The notes under the pieces are model-generated. The model searched no databases, was not told the origin of the DNA, and saw only the letters and a list, made by a program, of their open reading frames with translations. The translations under genes and the position numbers were made by a program. A DNA stretch of 64,000 nt. Source: Candidatus Paceibacter sp. Its GTDB lineage: Bacteria > Patescibacteriota > Patescibacteriia > S139-126. The DNA is taken from contig DYGA01000001.1 in assembly GCA_020724865.1 (NCBI GenBank), positions 196,624-260,623 of the forward strand, given 5' to 3'. The first letter of the stretch is position 1. Each line of letters begins with the position of its first letter. Positions 28,105 through 38,324 of the stretch are shown in pieces.

Positions 28105-30585
28105 ATGAGTGCTAAAAAAGATATTTTATCAGCCAAAAATTCAATTGAGCAAAGGATAGAGTTACGGCCATTGGTTCAAGAAATGGAGCAGTCTTATTTG
28201 GATTATGCTATGAGCGTGATTGTCGCTCGGGCTCTGCCTGATGTTCGTGATGGAATGAAGCCAGTCCATCGCAGGATATTATATGCAATGTGGGATATTG
28301 GTTTGCGTAGTAATGCTAAATATCGAAAATCTGCCACTGTAGTTGGTGAAGTATTAGGCAAATATCATCCGCATGGTGATGCGGCTGTTTATGATAGCAT
28401 GGTTCGAATGGCTCAAGATTTTGCCATGCGTTATCCTTTGGTCAATGGTCAAGGTAACTTTGGCTCGGTGGACGGAGATAGTGCAGCAGCTATGCGTTAC
28501 ACTGAAGCCAAGTTGATGCCTATTGCTGAGGAGATGTTGTATGATTTGGATAAAAATACTGTGAATTTTATACCTAATTATGATGGTAGTCACAAAGAAC
28601 CTCAAGTTTTGCCAGCAAAATTACCCAATTTATTGCTCAATGGTGCCATGGGTATTGCGGTCGGGATGGCAACATCTATTCCCACCCATAACTTATCAGA
28701 AGTAATTGATGCCACCGTACATTTAATTGACAACCCCGATGCAGATGTCGATGATTTATTGACCTTTATTAAAGGACCAGATTTTCCTACGGGTGGAATT
28801 ATATTTAACAAGGAAGACATTAAAACTGCTTACGCTACCGGTAAAGGAAGAATTGTGATTAGAGCCAAAACTGATATTGTCGAAGAAAAATCTGGGCAGT
28901 GGCAAATTATAGTTACAGAACTACCTTATCAAGTTAATAAAGCTATCCTTTTAGAAAAGATTGCTGAATTGGTACGTGATAAAAAAATTGAAGGTATTAA
29001 AGATTTACGTGATGAATCAGATAAAGAAGGTATCAGAGTGGTGATTGAACTCAAAAAAGATGCCTATCCTAAAAAAGTATTAAATCAACTTTTTAAACAT
29101 ACGGAACTACAATCTGCTTTTCACGTTAATTTATTGGCTTTGGTAGATGGCATTCAACCTCGGGTGCTGACTTTGAAAGATATTTTATTTGAGTTTATTA
29201 AACATCGTAAAGAAGTAATAGTTAGACGAACACAGTTTGATTTGGATAAGGCTAAAGATCGTGCTCATATTTTAGAAGGTTTGGTAATGGCTTTGGAGGA
29301 CATTGATAAAATTATCAATACTATTAAAAAATCTAAAGATAAAGATGACGCTAAATTAAATTTAATAAAAAAATTCAAATTATCCGAACGTCAAGCCGTG
29401 GCTATTTTGGAAATGAAATTACAACAATTGGCTAATCTAGAAAGATTGAAAGTTGAAGAAGAATTAAAAGAAAAAAAGAAATTAATCAGAGATTTGACCG
29501 AATTATTGAAAAGTGACAAAAAGATTTTGGGAGTTATCCGACAAGAACTTTTGGACTTAAAAGAAAAATATGGTGATGAACGGAGAACAAAAGTAGTTCC
29601 TCATGCGATCGACAAGTTTTCGCAAGAGGATCTGATACCAAACGAGTCGACAGTGGTAGTCATTACTAAAGATGGTTATATCAAGCGATTGTCCCCTGAT
29701 ACTTTTAAGACGCAAAGCCGTGGTGGTAAAGGAGTAATTGGATTGGTAACTAAAGAAGAAGATGTAGTAGAACATTTGTTTACAACTATGACTCATGCAG
29801 ATTTATTGTTTTTTACTACGCGCGGTCGAGTGTTTCAATTGAAAGCTTATGATGTGCCAACTGGTAGCAGAACCAGTAAGGGGCAGGCAATTGTCAACTT
29901 TTTGCAGTTATCACCTGAAGAAAAAATATCCGCTGCTTTAGCGTTGTCTGAAGTTAGGGATGATAATAAATTTTTGGTAATGGTGACTAAGAAAGGTATT
30001 ATTAAAAAAGTAAAATTTGAAGAATTTGATAATGTTCGTCGTTCAGGACTAATTGCTATTAAATTGAAAGCTGATGATAATTTAGAATGGGTTAAACCAT
30101 CAAGTGGTAAAGATGATATTATATTGGTAACAGCTCAAGGTCAGGCTATCAGGTTCAAAGAAACTGGTGTTAGAGCAATGGGTCGATCAGCTGCTGGCGT
30201 AAGAGCAATTCGGTTGAAAAAAGGTGATTGGGTGGTCGGAATTGATATAATTTTTGAAGGCAAACCAACTAAAGAAGAGCAGTTATTAGTAGTGATGGAT
30301 AATGGTTTTGCTAAACGCACAAAGGTAACTGAATTTAAAACCCAAGGACGAGGCGGCAGTGGTGTAAAGGCGGCTAAAGTGACCAGTAAAACAGGAAAAG
30401 CCGTGGCCGCATTTGTGGTAAATGCGAAATTGGCTGAAGAGGATTTGATTGTCATGAGTGAAAAAGGTCAAGTTATACGTTTACCTTTAAAATCTGTATC
30501 AGTTTTAGGTAGGGCTACACAAGGTGTGCGAGTGATGCGTTTTAAAGTTAGTAATGATACGGTTGCCAGTGTAACTTTTGTCTAA
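28105..30585 (+). CDS. gyrA: DNA gyrase subunit A
   Basis: [31 protein letters not shown], GyrA-box QSRGGKG. Confidence 0.97.
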   Translation: MSAKKDILSAKNSIEQRIELRPLVQEMEQSYLDYAMSVIVARALPDVRDGMKPVHRRILYAMWDIGLRSNAKYRKSATVVGEVLGKYHPHGDAAVYDSMVRMAQDFAMRYPLVNGQGNFGSVDGDSAAAMRYTEAKLMPIAEEMLYDLDKNTVNFIPNYDGSHKEPQVLPAKLPNLLLNGAMGIAVGMATSIPTHNLSEVIDATVHLIDNPDADVDDLLTFIKGPDFPTGGIIFNKEDIKTAYATGKGRIVIRAKTDIVEEKSGQWQIIVTELPYQVNKAILLEKIAELVRDKKIEGIKDLRDESDKEGIRVVIELKKDAYPKKVLNQLFKHTELQSAFHVNLLALVDGIQPRVLTLKDILFEFIKHRKEVIVRRTQFDLDKAKDRAHILEGLVMALEDIDKIINTIKKSKDKDDAKLNLIKKFKLSERQAVAILEMKLQQLANLERLKVEEELKEKKKLIRDLTELLKSDKKILGVIRQELLDLKEKYGDERRTKVVPHAIDKFSQEDLIPNESTVVVITKDGYIKRLSPDTFKTQSRGGKGVIGLVTKEEDVVEHLFTTMTHADLLFFTTRGRVFQLKAYDVPTGSRTSKGQAIVNFLQLSPEEKISAALALSEVRDDNKFLVMVTKKGIIKKVKFEEFDNVRRSGLIAIKLKADDNLEWVKPSSGKDDIILVTAQGQAIRFKETGVRAMGRSAAGVRAIRLKKGDWVVGIDIIFEGKPTKEEQLLVVMDNGFAKRTKVTEFKTQGRGGSGVKAAKVTSKTGKAVAAFVVNAKLAEEDLIVMSEKGQVIRLPLKSVSVLGRATQGVRVMRFKVSNDTVASVTFV

Positions 30586-30597
30586 AAAAATTAAACT

Positions 30598-30636
30598 TTA
30601 TCAAAAGGCTCTCAATATATGAGAGCCTTTTGATAA
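30598..30636. terminator. Bidirectional intrinsic terminator
   Basis: 17-bp inverted repeat TTATCAAAAGGCTCTCA/TGAGAGCCTTTTGATAA. Confidence 0.85.
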
Positions 30637-30645
30637 TTGTATTTA

Positions 30646-33387
30646 TTAAACCTCTTTCATCTCTAGCCAGTTATTTCCAGATTTAATATCAACCACCAAT
30701 GGAACTTTAAGTGTAGCAACTGATTCCATAGTATTTTTTATTTGTTGGGCAACTTTATTAATTTGATTTACAGGTATTTCAAATACTAATTCATCATGGA
30801 CCTGTAGGAGCATTTTTATTTCCGGATTTTTTTGACAAATCTGTTTATAAACAGCTATCATGGCCAGTTTCATAATATCAGCACTAGTACCTTGGACAGG
30901 TAAGTTGATGGCAGCTCGTTCAGCAGCATTTCTAACCTGGGTAATATTTGAATTTATTTCTGGTAAGTAACGTTTACGGCCAAACATAGTAGTAACATAG
31001 CCTTGTTCTCTGGCTTGTTGAATTATTTCAGTAGTAAATTGTTTCATTCTTGGAAAGCGGTAAAAATATTTATCAATAAATTGTTTAGCTTGGGATCTGG
31101 ATATGCCTGTTCTTTCTGCTAAGCCAAATGGTCCCATGCCATACAGTACACCAAAATTTACTTCTTTGGCTTGACGTCGCATATCATTATCAACTTTAGC
31201 AAAAGGCACATCAAAAATAAAAGCTGCTGTGGTCCGATGAATATCTTGACCTTCTTGAAAAGCTTTAATTAGATTTTGATCTCCCGAAAGATGGGCTACT
31301 ACCCTGAGTTCTATTTGTGAATAATCAGCTGACAGTAAGACATGGTCTTTTTCGGCAATGAAAGAACCGCGAATTTTTTTGCCCAAAGGAGTACGAATAG
31401 GAATATTTTGTAAATTAGGATCAGATGAAGATAATCTACCAGTAGCGGTAATAGTTTGATTGTAACTGGTATGAACTCGGCCGGTTTTAGGATTGATCAG
31501 TTTAGGCAATGCTTCAATATATGTAGAACGAAGTTTGGTTAATTCACGATAATCTGAGATCATATCAATAACTGGATGCAGTCCCCGCATTTTTTCCAAT
31601 TCGCCCGCCGCAGTTGATATGCCAGTTTTGATTTTTTTTAGACCTTGAGTTGGAATATCCAATTTTTCAAACAGAATTTTTTTTAATTGTAAAGGTGAAG
31701 CAATATTGAATTTTTCCCCGACCTGATTGTATATATTTGTTTCCAGCTTACTGATTTGTTGGGTAACTTTTTTATTTAATTGGTTTAAATATTTACTATC
31801 AATTTTAATGCCGTTTTTTTCCATAGCAGTCAAAATAGCGACCAGAGGCATTTCAATTTGTTGAAAAAGTTTTTCTAAATCATTTTTTTTTAATTCAATT
31901 TGTAAATTTTTATAAAGCCTATAAGTAAAATCGGCATCTTCACAAGCATAATTACAAATTTGTTGCGCAGTTAGATCAGACATAGTCAGTTGATTTTTGC
32001 CTTTTTTGCCCAGCAACGATTCAATCGGAATCATGTCATGGCCAAATTCAGAAAAAACTATATTGTCCAACTTCAATCTTCTTTCGCCCGGTCTTAATAA
32101 ATAAGCAGCAATCATTGTATCAAAATATATCTTGTGTATGTTTATGTCTGCTTGGGACAGAGCGATTAGATCAAATTTTATATTATGGCCTATAATTTTA
32201 GTTTGATTGGATAATATTTTTACCAATTTTTTAAAAGTAGTTGTGTTTTTTAAAGCTTGGTAATCAAGATAATAGGCCTCACCTTCCTGCCAAGCCAGGC
32301 TGATGCCTACCAGTTCGGCTTGCATAGCATTGGCGCTACTGGTTTCGGTGTCAAGAGTCAATATTTTTACAGATTTTAATTTAGTTATTAGAGTTTTTAA
32401 ATCTTTTTCGTTGGCAATTAAATGATATTTTTGGGTAGTTTTTTTATTGTTCTGGTTGGGGTTTATTTGTAGGCTGACTTGGGTTAAATTTAATTTTTGT
32501 TCCAATTCAGGAATTTTTCCCAGTAATGATTTGAATTCTAGTTCCTGAAATAGTTTAATTAGTCTGTCTTTATTAGGACTGCGTAATTTACATTTTTCTA
32601 AAGTAAATTTAATTGGCACATCAGTTTTAATAGTGCCTAATTGTTTTGACAAATAAGCATCGGCTTCATAGGTAGCCAATAATTCTTTGATCCGCGGTTT
32701 TATTTTTTTACTAAACTTATATTGTTGATATAAATTTTCTAAAGTTTTAAATTCCGATAAAAGTTCAATAGCAGTTTTTTCACCTATACCCTTCACTCCA
32801 GGGATGTTATCTGATGGGTCTCCGCGCAAAGCTTTAAAATCTATTAGTTGGTTGGGTTTAAGTCCATGGTATTTAGTTATCACTTCTTTAGTGTCATAAA
32901 TAATTGTGTCAGCTAGACTGCGTCGCAAAGTATATACTTTGGTGTTATCATCAACCAATTGTAAAGTGTCATAATCACCAGTAACAATATAGGTTTCAAT
33001 ATTTTTATTCTTTTCAAGGTTGCGACTAATTGTACCGATGATATCGTCGGCTTCGTAACCTTCTTTTTCAAAAATTGTAATATTAAAGGCCTCAACAATT
33101 TGTCTAATTATAGGTATTTGTGCATAAAGTTCATCTGGTTGTTTTTGTCTAGTGGCTTTATAATCAGCAAAAGCTTGATGCCTAAAGGTAGGTGTTTTTA
33201 AATCAAAAGTAACGGCCGCATAACTTGGTTTAATATCTTTTAAAACTCGCAGTAAAATTGTGACAAAACCATACACTGCATTAACCACCAGGCCAGATTT
33301 AGTCGTCAAAGGAGGGATAGCGTGAAAAGCGCGGTGAAGCAGCGCATTACCGTCAATTATTATAAATTTTTCCTTTTTTTGGGGCAT
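30646..33387 (-). CDS. polA: DNA polymerase I
   Basis: 5'-3' exo (YEADD, GDPSDNIPG), 3'-5' exo (DTET, HNIKFD, YACED), pol motifs DYSQIELR and QVHDE. Confidence 0.97.
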   Translation of the reverse strand: MPQKKEKFIIIDGNALLHRAFHAIPPLTTKSGLVVNAVYGFVTILLRVLKDIKPSYAAVTFDLKTPTFRHQAFADYKATRQKQPDELYAQIPIIRQIVEAFNITIFEKEGYEADDIIGTISRNLEKNKNIETYIVTGDYDTLQLVDDNTKVYTLRRSLADTIIYDTKEVITKYHGLKPNQLIDFKALRGDPSDNIPGVKGIGEKTAIELLSEFKTLENLYQQYKFSKKIKPRIKELLATYEADAYLSKQLGTIKTDVPIKFTLEKCKLRSPNKDRLIKLFQELEFKSLLGKIPELEQKLNLTQVSLQINPNQNNKKTTQKYHLIANEKDLKTLITKLKSVKILTLDTETSSANAMQAELVGISLAWQEGEAYYLDYQALKNTTTFKKLVKILSNQTKIIGHNIKFDLIALSQADINIHKIYFDTMIAAYLLRPGERRLKLDNIVFSEFGHDMIPIESLLGKKGKNQLTMSDLTAQQICNYACEDADFTYRLYKNLQIELKKNDLEKLFQQIEMPLVAILTAMEKNGIKIDSKYLNQLNKKVTQQISKLETNIYNQVGEKFNIASPLQLKKILFEKLDIPTQGLKKIKTGISTAAGELEKMRGLHPVIDMISDYRELTKLRSTYIEALPKLINPKTGRVHTSYNQTITATGRLSSSDPNLQNIPIRTPLGKKIRGSFIAEKDHVLLSADYSQIELRVVAHLSGDQNLIKAFQEGQDIHRTTAAFIFDVPFAKVDNDMRRQAKEVNFGVLYGMGPFGLAERTGISRSQAKQFIDKYFYRFPRMKQFTTEIIQQAREQGYVTTMFGRKRYLPEINSNITQVRNAAERAAINLPVQGTSADIMKLAMIAVYKQICQKNPEIKMLLQVHDELVFEIPVNQINKVAQQIKNTMESVATLKVPLVVDIKSGNNWLEMKEV

Positions 33388-33460
33388 ACAAATTTGTAAT
33401 TTAATTCACAAGTTTGGCAATATTAATATTATATTGTTTTTAAAAGAAAATATTAATACA

Positions 33461-33489
33461 AAAAATGCTAAGATTATCTTAGCATTTTT
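33461..33489. terminator. Palindrome after lhgO (terminator, possibly also the polA promoter)
   Basis: AAAAATGCTAAGAT-T-ATCTTAGCATTTTT. Confidence 0.6.
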
Positions 33490-33510
33490 ATATATTTATT
33501 GATAGAAAAA

Positions 33511-34707
33511 TCAAAGTTTTTTTAAAGCCATTTGAGCTATAGTTTCACCAATTGCTAATGAAGCGGTAGCGGCTGGCGATGGGGTATTTAAGACATTTAT
33601 AATTTTATCGTCATCATATATTAAAAAGTCATCTATCAATTTGCCATTTCGGTCGCAAGCTTGAGCTCTGACCCCAGCCCCTCCAGGAATTAAATCATTT
33701 TTGTTAATATTTGGCAGTAAACGTTGCAAGGCTTTGGTAAAGGCAGATTTGTTGTAACTGCGATAAAATTCACCAAAACCCATTGGCCAGTATTTGAACA
33801 TAACTTTTAAAAAACCCGGCCATAGTAAAGTGGAGAAAAGTTCTTTCAAGTGAATATCTGTTTTTTTATAACCTTCTTTACGAAAAGCAAGTACGGCATT
33901 TGGACCAGCTTCAACTGTTCCATTTATTCTCCGAGTAAAATGAACCCCCAAAAAAGGAAAGGTAGGATCAGGCACTGGATAAATAAGATTTCTTACTAAA
34001 TGACGTTTTTTTTCGGCAATTTCATAATACTCGCCACGAAAAGGAATTATTTTTACATCTATTTTTTGGTTTAATTTGGCCAGTTCATCTGATTGCAACC
34101 CCGCAGTATTGATCGCCAGTTTTGTTTTGACATTACCTTGATTGGTGATTAGTTTTATAAAATCTGGTTGTTTTTTAATATTAGTTACTTTGGTGTTTAG
34201 TTTTATTTCCCCTGAGTATTTAGTAGTAAAAATTTCTGCATACTTTTTGCTAACCTCAGTGTAATCAACAATACCGGTGTATGGCACCCATAGCGCAGCT
34301 ACTCCGCTAGCATAAGGTTCATAATTTTTTATTTCCTGAGCTGATATTTTTTTTATATTAACTAAACCGTTTTGTATACCTTTTTGGTAAAGTTCTTCCA
34401 ATCTTGGCAGTTCAGCAGGTTTGGTAGCAATAATTAATTTTCCGCATAATTCGTATTTGATATTATGGGCAGAGCAAAAATCAAGCAGCAGTTGATAACC
34501 GCGCCGACAATTTTTTGCCTTCAAACTACCTGGTTTGTAATAAATACCTGAGTGAATAACCCCGCTATTGTTGCCAGTTTGATGTTGAGCAATTTTTGTT
34601 TCTTTTTCCAATAAGACAACTTTTAAATCAGGATTAATTTTTTTTAGTTGTAAGGCAGTGGCTAGTCCTACAATTCCGCCACCAATAATTGCCAGATCAT
34701 AAATCAT
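33511..34707 (-). CDS. lhgO: L-2-hydroxyglutarate oxidase
   Basis: GGGIVG FAD motif, HQTGNNSGVIHSGIYY, YPVPDP.FPFLGVHFT, GVRAQA, PSPAATASL. Confidence 0.9.
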   Translation of the reverse strand: MIYDLAIIGGGIVGLATALQLKKINPDLKVVLLEKETKIAQHQTGNNSGVIHSGIYYKPGSLKAKNCRRGYQLLLDFCSAHNIKYELCGKLIIATKPAELPRLEELYQKGIQNGLVNIKKISAQEIKNYEPYASGVAALWVPYTGIVDYTEVSKKYAEIFTTKYSGEIKLNTKVTNIKKQPDFIKLITNQGNVKTKLAINTAGLQSDELAKLNQKIDVKIIPFRGEYYEIAEKKRHLVRNLIYPVPDPTFPFLGVHFTRRINGTVEAGPNAVLAFRKEGYKKTDIHLKELFSTLLWPGFLKVMFKYWPMGFGEFYRSYNKSAFTKALQRLLPNINKNDLIPGGAGVRAQACDRNGKLIDDFLIYDDDKIINVLNTPSPAATASLAIGETIAQMALKKL

Positions 34708-34714
34708 AAAAATA

Positions 34715-34747
34715 TAAAAATGCTACTATATAATAGTAGCATTTTTA
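34715..34747. terminator. Palindrome before lhgO (terminator, possibly also the lhgO promoter)
   Basis: TAAAAATGCTACTAT-ATA-ATAGTAGCATTTTTA. Confidence 0.6.
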
Positions 34748-34767
34748 ATTAGATTTTGATAATTATA

Positions 34768-35271
34768 TTAGGCAGCTTTTTCGGCTGATTCTGGTTTGTT
34801 TTTCTTTGGCACCATTTTTTTGCGCTGTTTGACATAAAGTTCAGCAATTTCGGCGTTAATGTTGTTTAGTCTGTTTTTTCTTTCTGTTTGGCTTAATTTT
34901 TGCCATTCATTTTTGGGCAAAGAATATTTTTGAATAATTTTTTTTACTTCCATGGGCAGATGAGTTGTAGCTGGAGCTTTGATTTCAGTAAGCTCTTCCT
35001 CTGTTTCGTCTTTGGTTGAATTGTCTATTTTTTCTAAAATATAATTTTCTAAATTAAAATCATCTGGAATATTTTCAATAGGAATAAATTTTTTCTCTGG
35101 ATCATTTTTGTTTAAACGTTCTTCCTCTTCAATTATTTCTGGTTGATATATGTCGGTATCTAAATTTTTAGTTGGGTTATTTTTTCTGTCAATTTCTTCA
35201 TGAATAGGAATATTTTCTTGCTCTATTTTTTTATCCGTTTTTTTAGGTGACTCCCAATTAAATAATTTCAT
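34768..35271 (-). CDS. Hypothetical charged protein
   Basis: 167-aa E/K/N-rich ORF downstream of tRNA-Cys. Confidence 0.55.
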   Translation of the reverse strand: MKLFNWESPKKTDKKIEQENIPIHEEIDRKNNPTKNLDTDIYQPEIIEEEERLNKNDPEKKFIPIENIPDDFNLENYILEKIDNSTKDETEEELTEIKAPATTHLPMEVKKIIQKYSLPKNEWQKLSQTERKNRLNNINAEIAELYVKQRKKMVPKKNKPESAEKAA

Positions 35272-35290
35272 AATTTTTTATTAATATTAA

Positions 35291-35365
35291 TGGAGGCCTG
35301 GACGGGAGTTGAACCCGTGTATAGCGGTTTTGCAGACCGCTGCCTTACCACTTGGCTACCAGGCC
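35291..35365 (-). tRNA. tRNA-Cys(GCA)
   Basis: Anticodon arm GCGGT-CTGCAAA-ACCGC; ends TCCA. Confidence 0.95.
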
Positions 35366-35460
35366 GAAGCTAGTATTAAGTATTATATAGTATTAAGTAG
35401 CAAGTATAAAGAATATTAATTAACATTGATAGATTAACAAAATTTAATTTTTAAATCAAT

Positions 35461-35493
35461 CAAAAAATCCCGCATTGGTAACGGGATTTTTTG
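35461..35493 (-). terminator. Intrinsic terminator
   Basis: CAAAAAATCCCG...CGGGATTTTTTG. Confidence 0.75.
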
Positions 35494-36006
35494 TTAATTT
35501 AATATTTCTACGGTTAAATATCGACGACCGAACTGTTTAGCATCAGGGATTGATTCCATTAGTACATCCAGCCGTTCATTGTAGCGTTGATTCATGCGAT
35601 CTCTGACTTCAAAGATAGTATCACCAAAATATTCAGGAATACGCACTTTTGTGCCAAAAGGCAACCAATTGGCAGCTACCACTTTAATATTTTTGTTTTG
35701 ACAAATATTTGTACCATCAGCTGTGATACACGGCGTGCTGTCAGTTTGTTCGGGTACAGCGTTGTAAGCCGTGATTGTGACTTTTTTGGTCCGTACCACT
35801 TTAATTTCATTAACTGGTAATTGATAGTTAATTATTTCTGTTGCTTGGGCAGCTGGTTGTAGGTTGATGTTACTCTCCTCAGTCGGTAAGGCTAAAGCTG
35901 GAGCAGCTAATATTTCTGCCTGGGGTAATAAAAAAGTAAAAATTGAGGCAATAAATATAACTACTAGCAGCATTTGCCGTCCATATCTACGAACAAATAA
36001 ATTCAT
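35494..36006 (-). CDS. 3D domain protein (cell-wall associated)
   Basis: TAYN..PEQTDSTPCITADG, AANWLPFGTKV, V.DRM, LDV. Confidence 0.85.
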   Translation of the reverse strand: MNLFVRRYGRQMLLVVIFIASIFTFLLPQAEILAAPALALPTEESNINLQPAAQATEIINYQLPVNEIKVVRTKKVTITAYNAVPEQTDSTPCITADGTNICQNKNIKVVAANWLPFGTKVRIPEYFGDTIFEVRDRMNQRYNERLDVLMESIPDAKQFGRRYLTVEILN

Positions 36007-36161
36007 ACGGTTACTTAATACTTAAATTTGTAAAAAACCAATAAAAAACACCCTGTTTTAGGGATTTTAGGATTTTAGCAAAATAAGTAAAAAATGTCAA
36101 TCGTATAATTAGCTATTAGCTTTTAGCTTAAGCTGTTAAATCAATTAACCAGAGATAGTTA

Positions 36162-36476
36162 TTATGGTTGGTAAAGATATTTTTTTAGGTCAATATAGTA
36201 ATTGTTGCCAATTATTTTAATTTGAACACCTTCTTTATTCAGTAGTTGGGCTTGAATTTTTTTTGTAATTTGAGGGTTGATTATACTTATTAGACCGCGA
36301 CTATTGATGACTCGGTGCCAAGGTATGTCTTGATAATTTATACTTGCCCGCAAAGCAAAACCAACCGTTCGGGCGGCTCGTGGAGTTGAAATAAGTCCAG
36401 CAATTTGTCCGTAAGTCATTACTTTACCAGCTGGTATAGTTTTTACAATTTTATATACTTGTTTATAGAAATTCAT
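36162..36476 (-). CDS. Alkyltransferase-like protein (ATL, MGMT family)
   Basis: IPAGKVMTYGQIA, ARTVG, PWHRV (Trp in place of the catalytic Cys). Confidence 0.88.
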   Translation of the reverse strand: MNFYKQVYKIVKTIPAGKVMTYGQIAGLISTPRAARTVGFALRASINYQDIPWHRVINSRGLISIINPQITKKIQAQLLNKEGVQIKIIGNNYYIDLKKYLYQP

Positions 36477-36667
36477 AAGGTTAGTTTAATATAAAGTTGT
36501 GTTCAAAGCTACACTTATTCGCCTTGTATGATGTTTAGTGATTCATTTTGCTTATATTTTAATGCCACTCGATCGCTGGCGGTAGGAGGTTTAATTAATT
36601 TTTTCATACCATTATTAAATACCACTATTAAGATAAAAACTCTGGCTTTATGTCAGAGTTTTTATCT

Positions 36668-36742
36668 TGGAGCGGGTAGGGGGAATCGAACCCCCATCTT
36701 CAGCTTGGAAAGCTGTAATAATAGCCATTATACGATACCCGC
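36668..36742 (-). tRNA. tRNA-Gly(TCC)
   Basis: Anticodon loop TTTCCAA; GGTTCGATTCC T-arm; CCA. Confidence 0.93.
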
Positions 36743-36805
36743 AATTTTACCTAACACGTAATACGGAACATTTTTGTTTGTTATATGTTATGTGTTACAT
36801 GTCAT

Positions 36806-36882
36806 TGGTCGGGGTGAGAGGGCTCGAACCTCCGACCTCCTGCTCCCAAAGCAGGCGCGCTAGCCAACTGCGCTACACCCCG
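36806..36882 (-). tRNA. tRNA-Pro(TGG)
   Basis: CCTGC-TTTGGGA-GCAGG; CCA. Confidence 0.95.
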
Positions 36883-37007
36883 TTAATTTAGATTATAAAT
36901 TATTAATTATAAATTTAAAAATATCTAGCTGATAATCGTGAAGTTAAAATAAATCCTAAATTCCAAAATCCAATAGATTTTAGTTTTTAGAATTTAGGAT
37001 TTATTAG

Positions 37008-37082
37008 TGGTGCCGAGGGGCAGAATTGAACTGCCGACGCAAGGATTTTCAGTCCTTCGCTCTACCACTGAGCTACCTCGGC
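37008..37082 (-). tRNA. tRNA-Phe(GAA)
   Basis: AAGGA-CTGAAAA-TCCTT; CCA. Confidence 0.95.
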
Positions 37083-37100
37083 TTAATTTATTTTAATAAA

Positions 37101-37177
37101 TGGTGGGCATGCCTGGAGTTGAACCAGGGACCTCGTCATTATCAGTGACGCGCTCTAACCAACTGAGCTACATGCCC
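37101..37177 (-). tRNA. tRNA-Ile(GAT)
   Basis: CGTCA-CTGATAA-TGACG; CCA. Confidence 0.95.
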
Positions 37178-37320
37178 CAAAAATAATTATTATTAAAATT
37201 CAGAGTATAAAATACCAAATTATATAATTTTTGACAAGCCAAAAAGTTTTATAAATTGTTTATAAATATATTAGCCAAATAATAAAAATTTTGATAATTT
37301 AGTAAAAGAAAGGTAAATTT

Positions 37321-38283
37321 ATGATTATATTTATTTATGGCACTGATAGTTGGCGCGCTCATCATAAAGTCATTGAATTGAAAAATAAATTTAAACAAAA
37401 AATTGATAGTAGTGGTTCAAGTATCGTGATGATTAACGGTGAAGATTTTGATATTGCTTCTTTTCGACAAAATCTATTATCCCAATCTTTATTTAGTAAG
37501 GGACGTATGATATTAATTCGTGATTTGTTAATCAAAAATCCCAAAAAAAAATTACAAGAGGAAATTATCGAAGTTTTAAAAAAGTCAGACAATCATACCA
37601 TATTATGGTGGGAATATATAACTTCTCCTGATATTTTCAAGAAAGTTAAAACTAGTTTATTATTTAAATATCTAAAGCAGCAAAAATTTGTTCAAGAGTA
37701 TAATAATTTAAAAGCTATACAATTGGAAAAATGGGTGCAAAGTAGGGTAAATGAACTAGAAGGAAAAATTGGCAATGTGGCTGTCAAAACTTTGTTGGCA
37801 CAAGTGGGTGACAATTTATGGCAACTAGATAATGAAATACAAAAATTAGTCTTATATTGTGGCGGTAGGGAAATTACCGTCAAAGATATAATTGAAATGG
37901 TGGAAACAAAGGTGGGTGGCGATGGTTGGGAATTTCTCTATTATTTGTCACAAAATAATAAAGCCAAAGCGCTGGAAATTTTAGAAGAACAGTTACTTTT
38001 AGGCACTGAAGCTTTAGAAATTTTTGGTCGAATTGTTTGGCAGTTCCGTATTTTGTTATTAGTCAAAGATACCTTAGAAGAAAAAACTTTTACCAGCAAT
38101 GAAATAGCCAATAAATTACAGTTACATCCCTATGTTGTACAGAAAACTTTACCAGTAATAAAAAACTTTTCTTTATCTAGGCTTAAAGAAATCTATAGTC
38201 AATTGTCAGAAATAGATTACAAAATAAAAACCGGAGCTTTAGATCCAGTGGTAATGTTAAATATGTTTATTATTGATTTGTAA
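37321..38283 (+). CDS. holA: DNA polymerase III delta subunit
   Basis: IFIYG.D, SLFS, LWQLDNEIQKL, LHPYVVQK, DYKIKTG. Confidence 0.88.
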   Translation: MIIFIYGTDSWRAHHKVIELKNKFKQKIDSSGSSIVMINGEDFDIASFRQNLLSQSLFSKGRMILIRDLLIKNPKKKLQEEIIEVLKKSDNHTILWWEYITSPDIFKKVKTSLLFKYLKQQKFVQEYNNLKAIQLEKWVQSRVNELEGKIGNVAVKTLLAQVGDNLWQLDNEIQKLVLYCGGREITVKDIIEMVETKVGGDGWEFLYYLSQNNKAKALEILEEQLLLGTEALEIFGRIVWQFRILLLVKDTLEEKTFTSNEIANKLQLHPYVVQKTLPVIKNFSLSRLKEIYSQLSEIDYKIKTGALDPVVMLNMFIIDL

Positions 38284-38295
38284 AATATTTAAGTT

Positions 38296-38324
38296 AAAAA
38301 TCCGCCGTAACGGCGGATTTTTTT
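38296..38324. terminator. Bidirectional intrinsic terminator
   Basis: AAAAATCCGCCG-TAA-CGGCGGATTTTT. Confidence 0.85.

Noticed and set aside
36528-36891. Plus-strand ORFs over tRNA-Gly and tRNA-Pro
   Set aside because: Antisense shadows of tRNA genes
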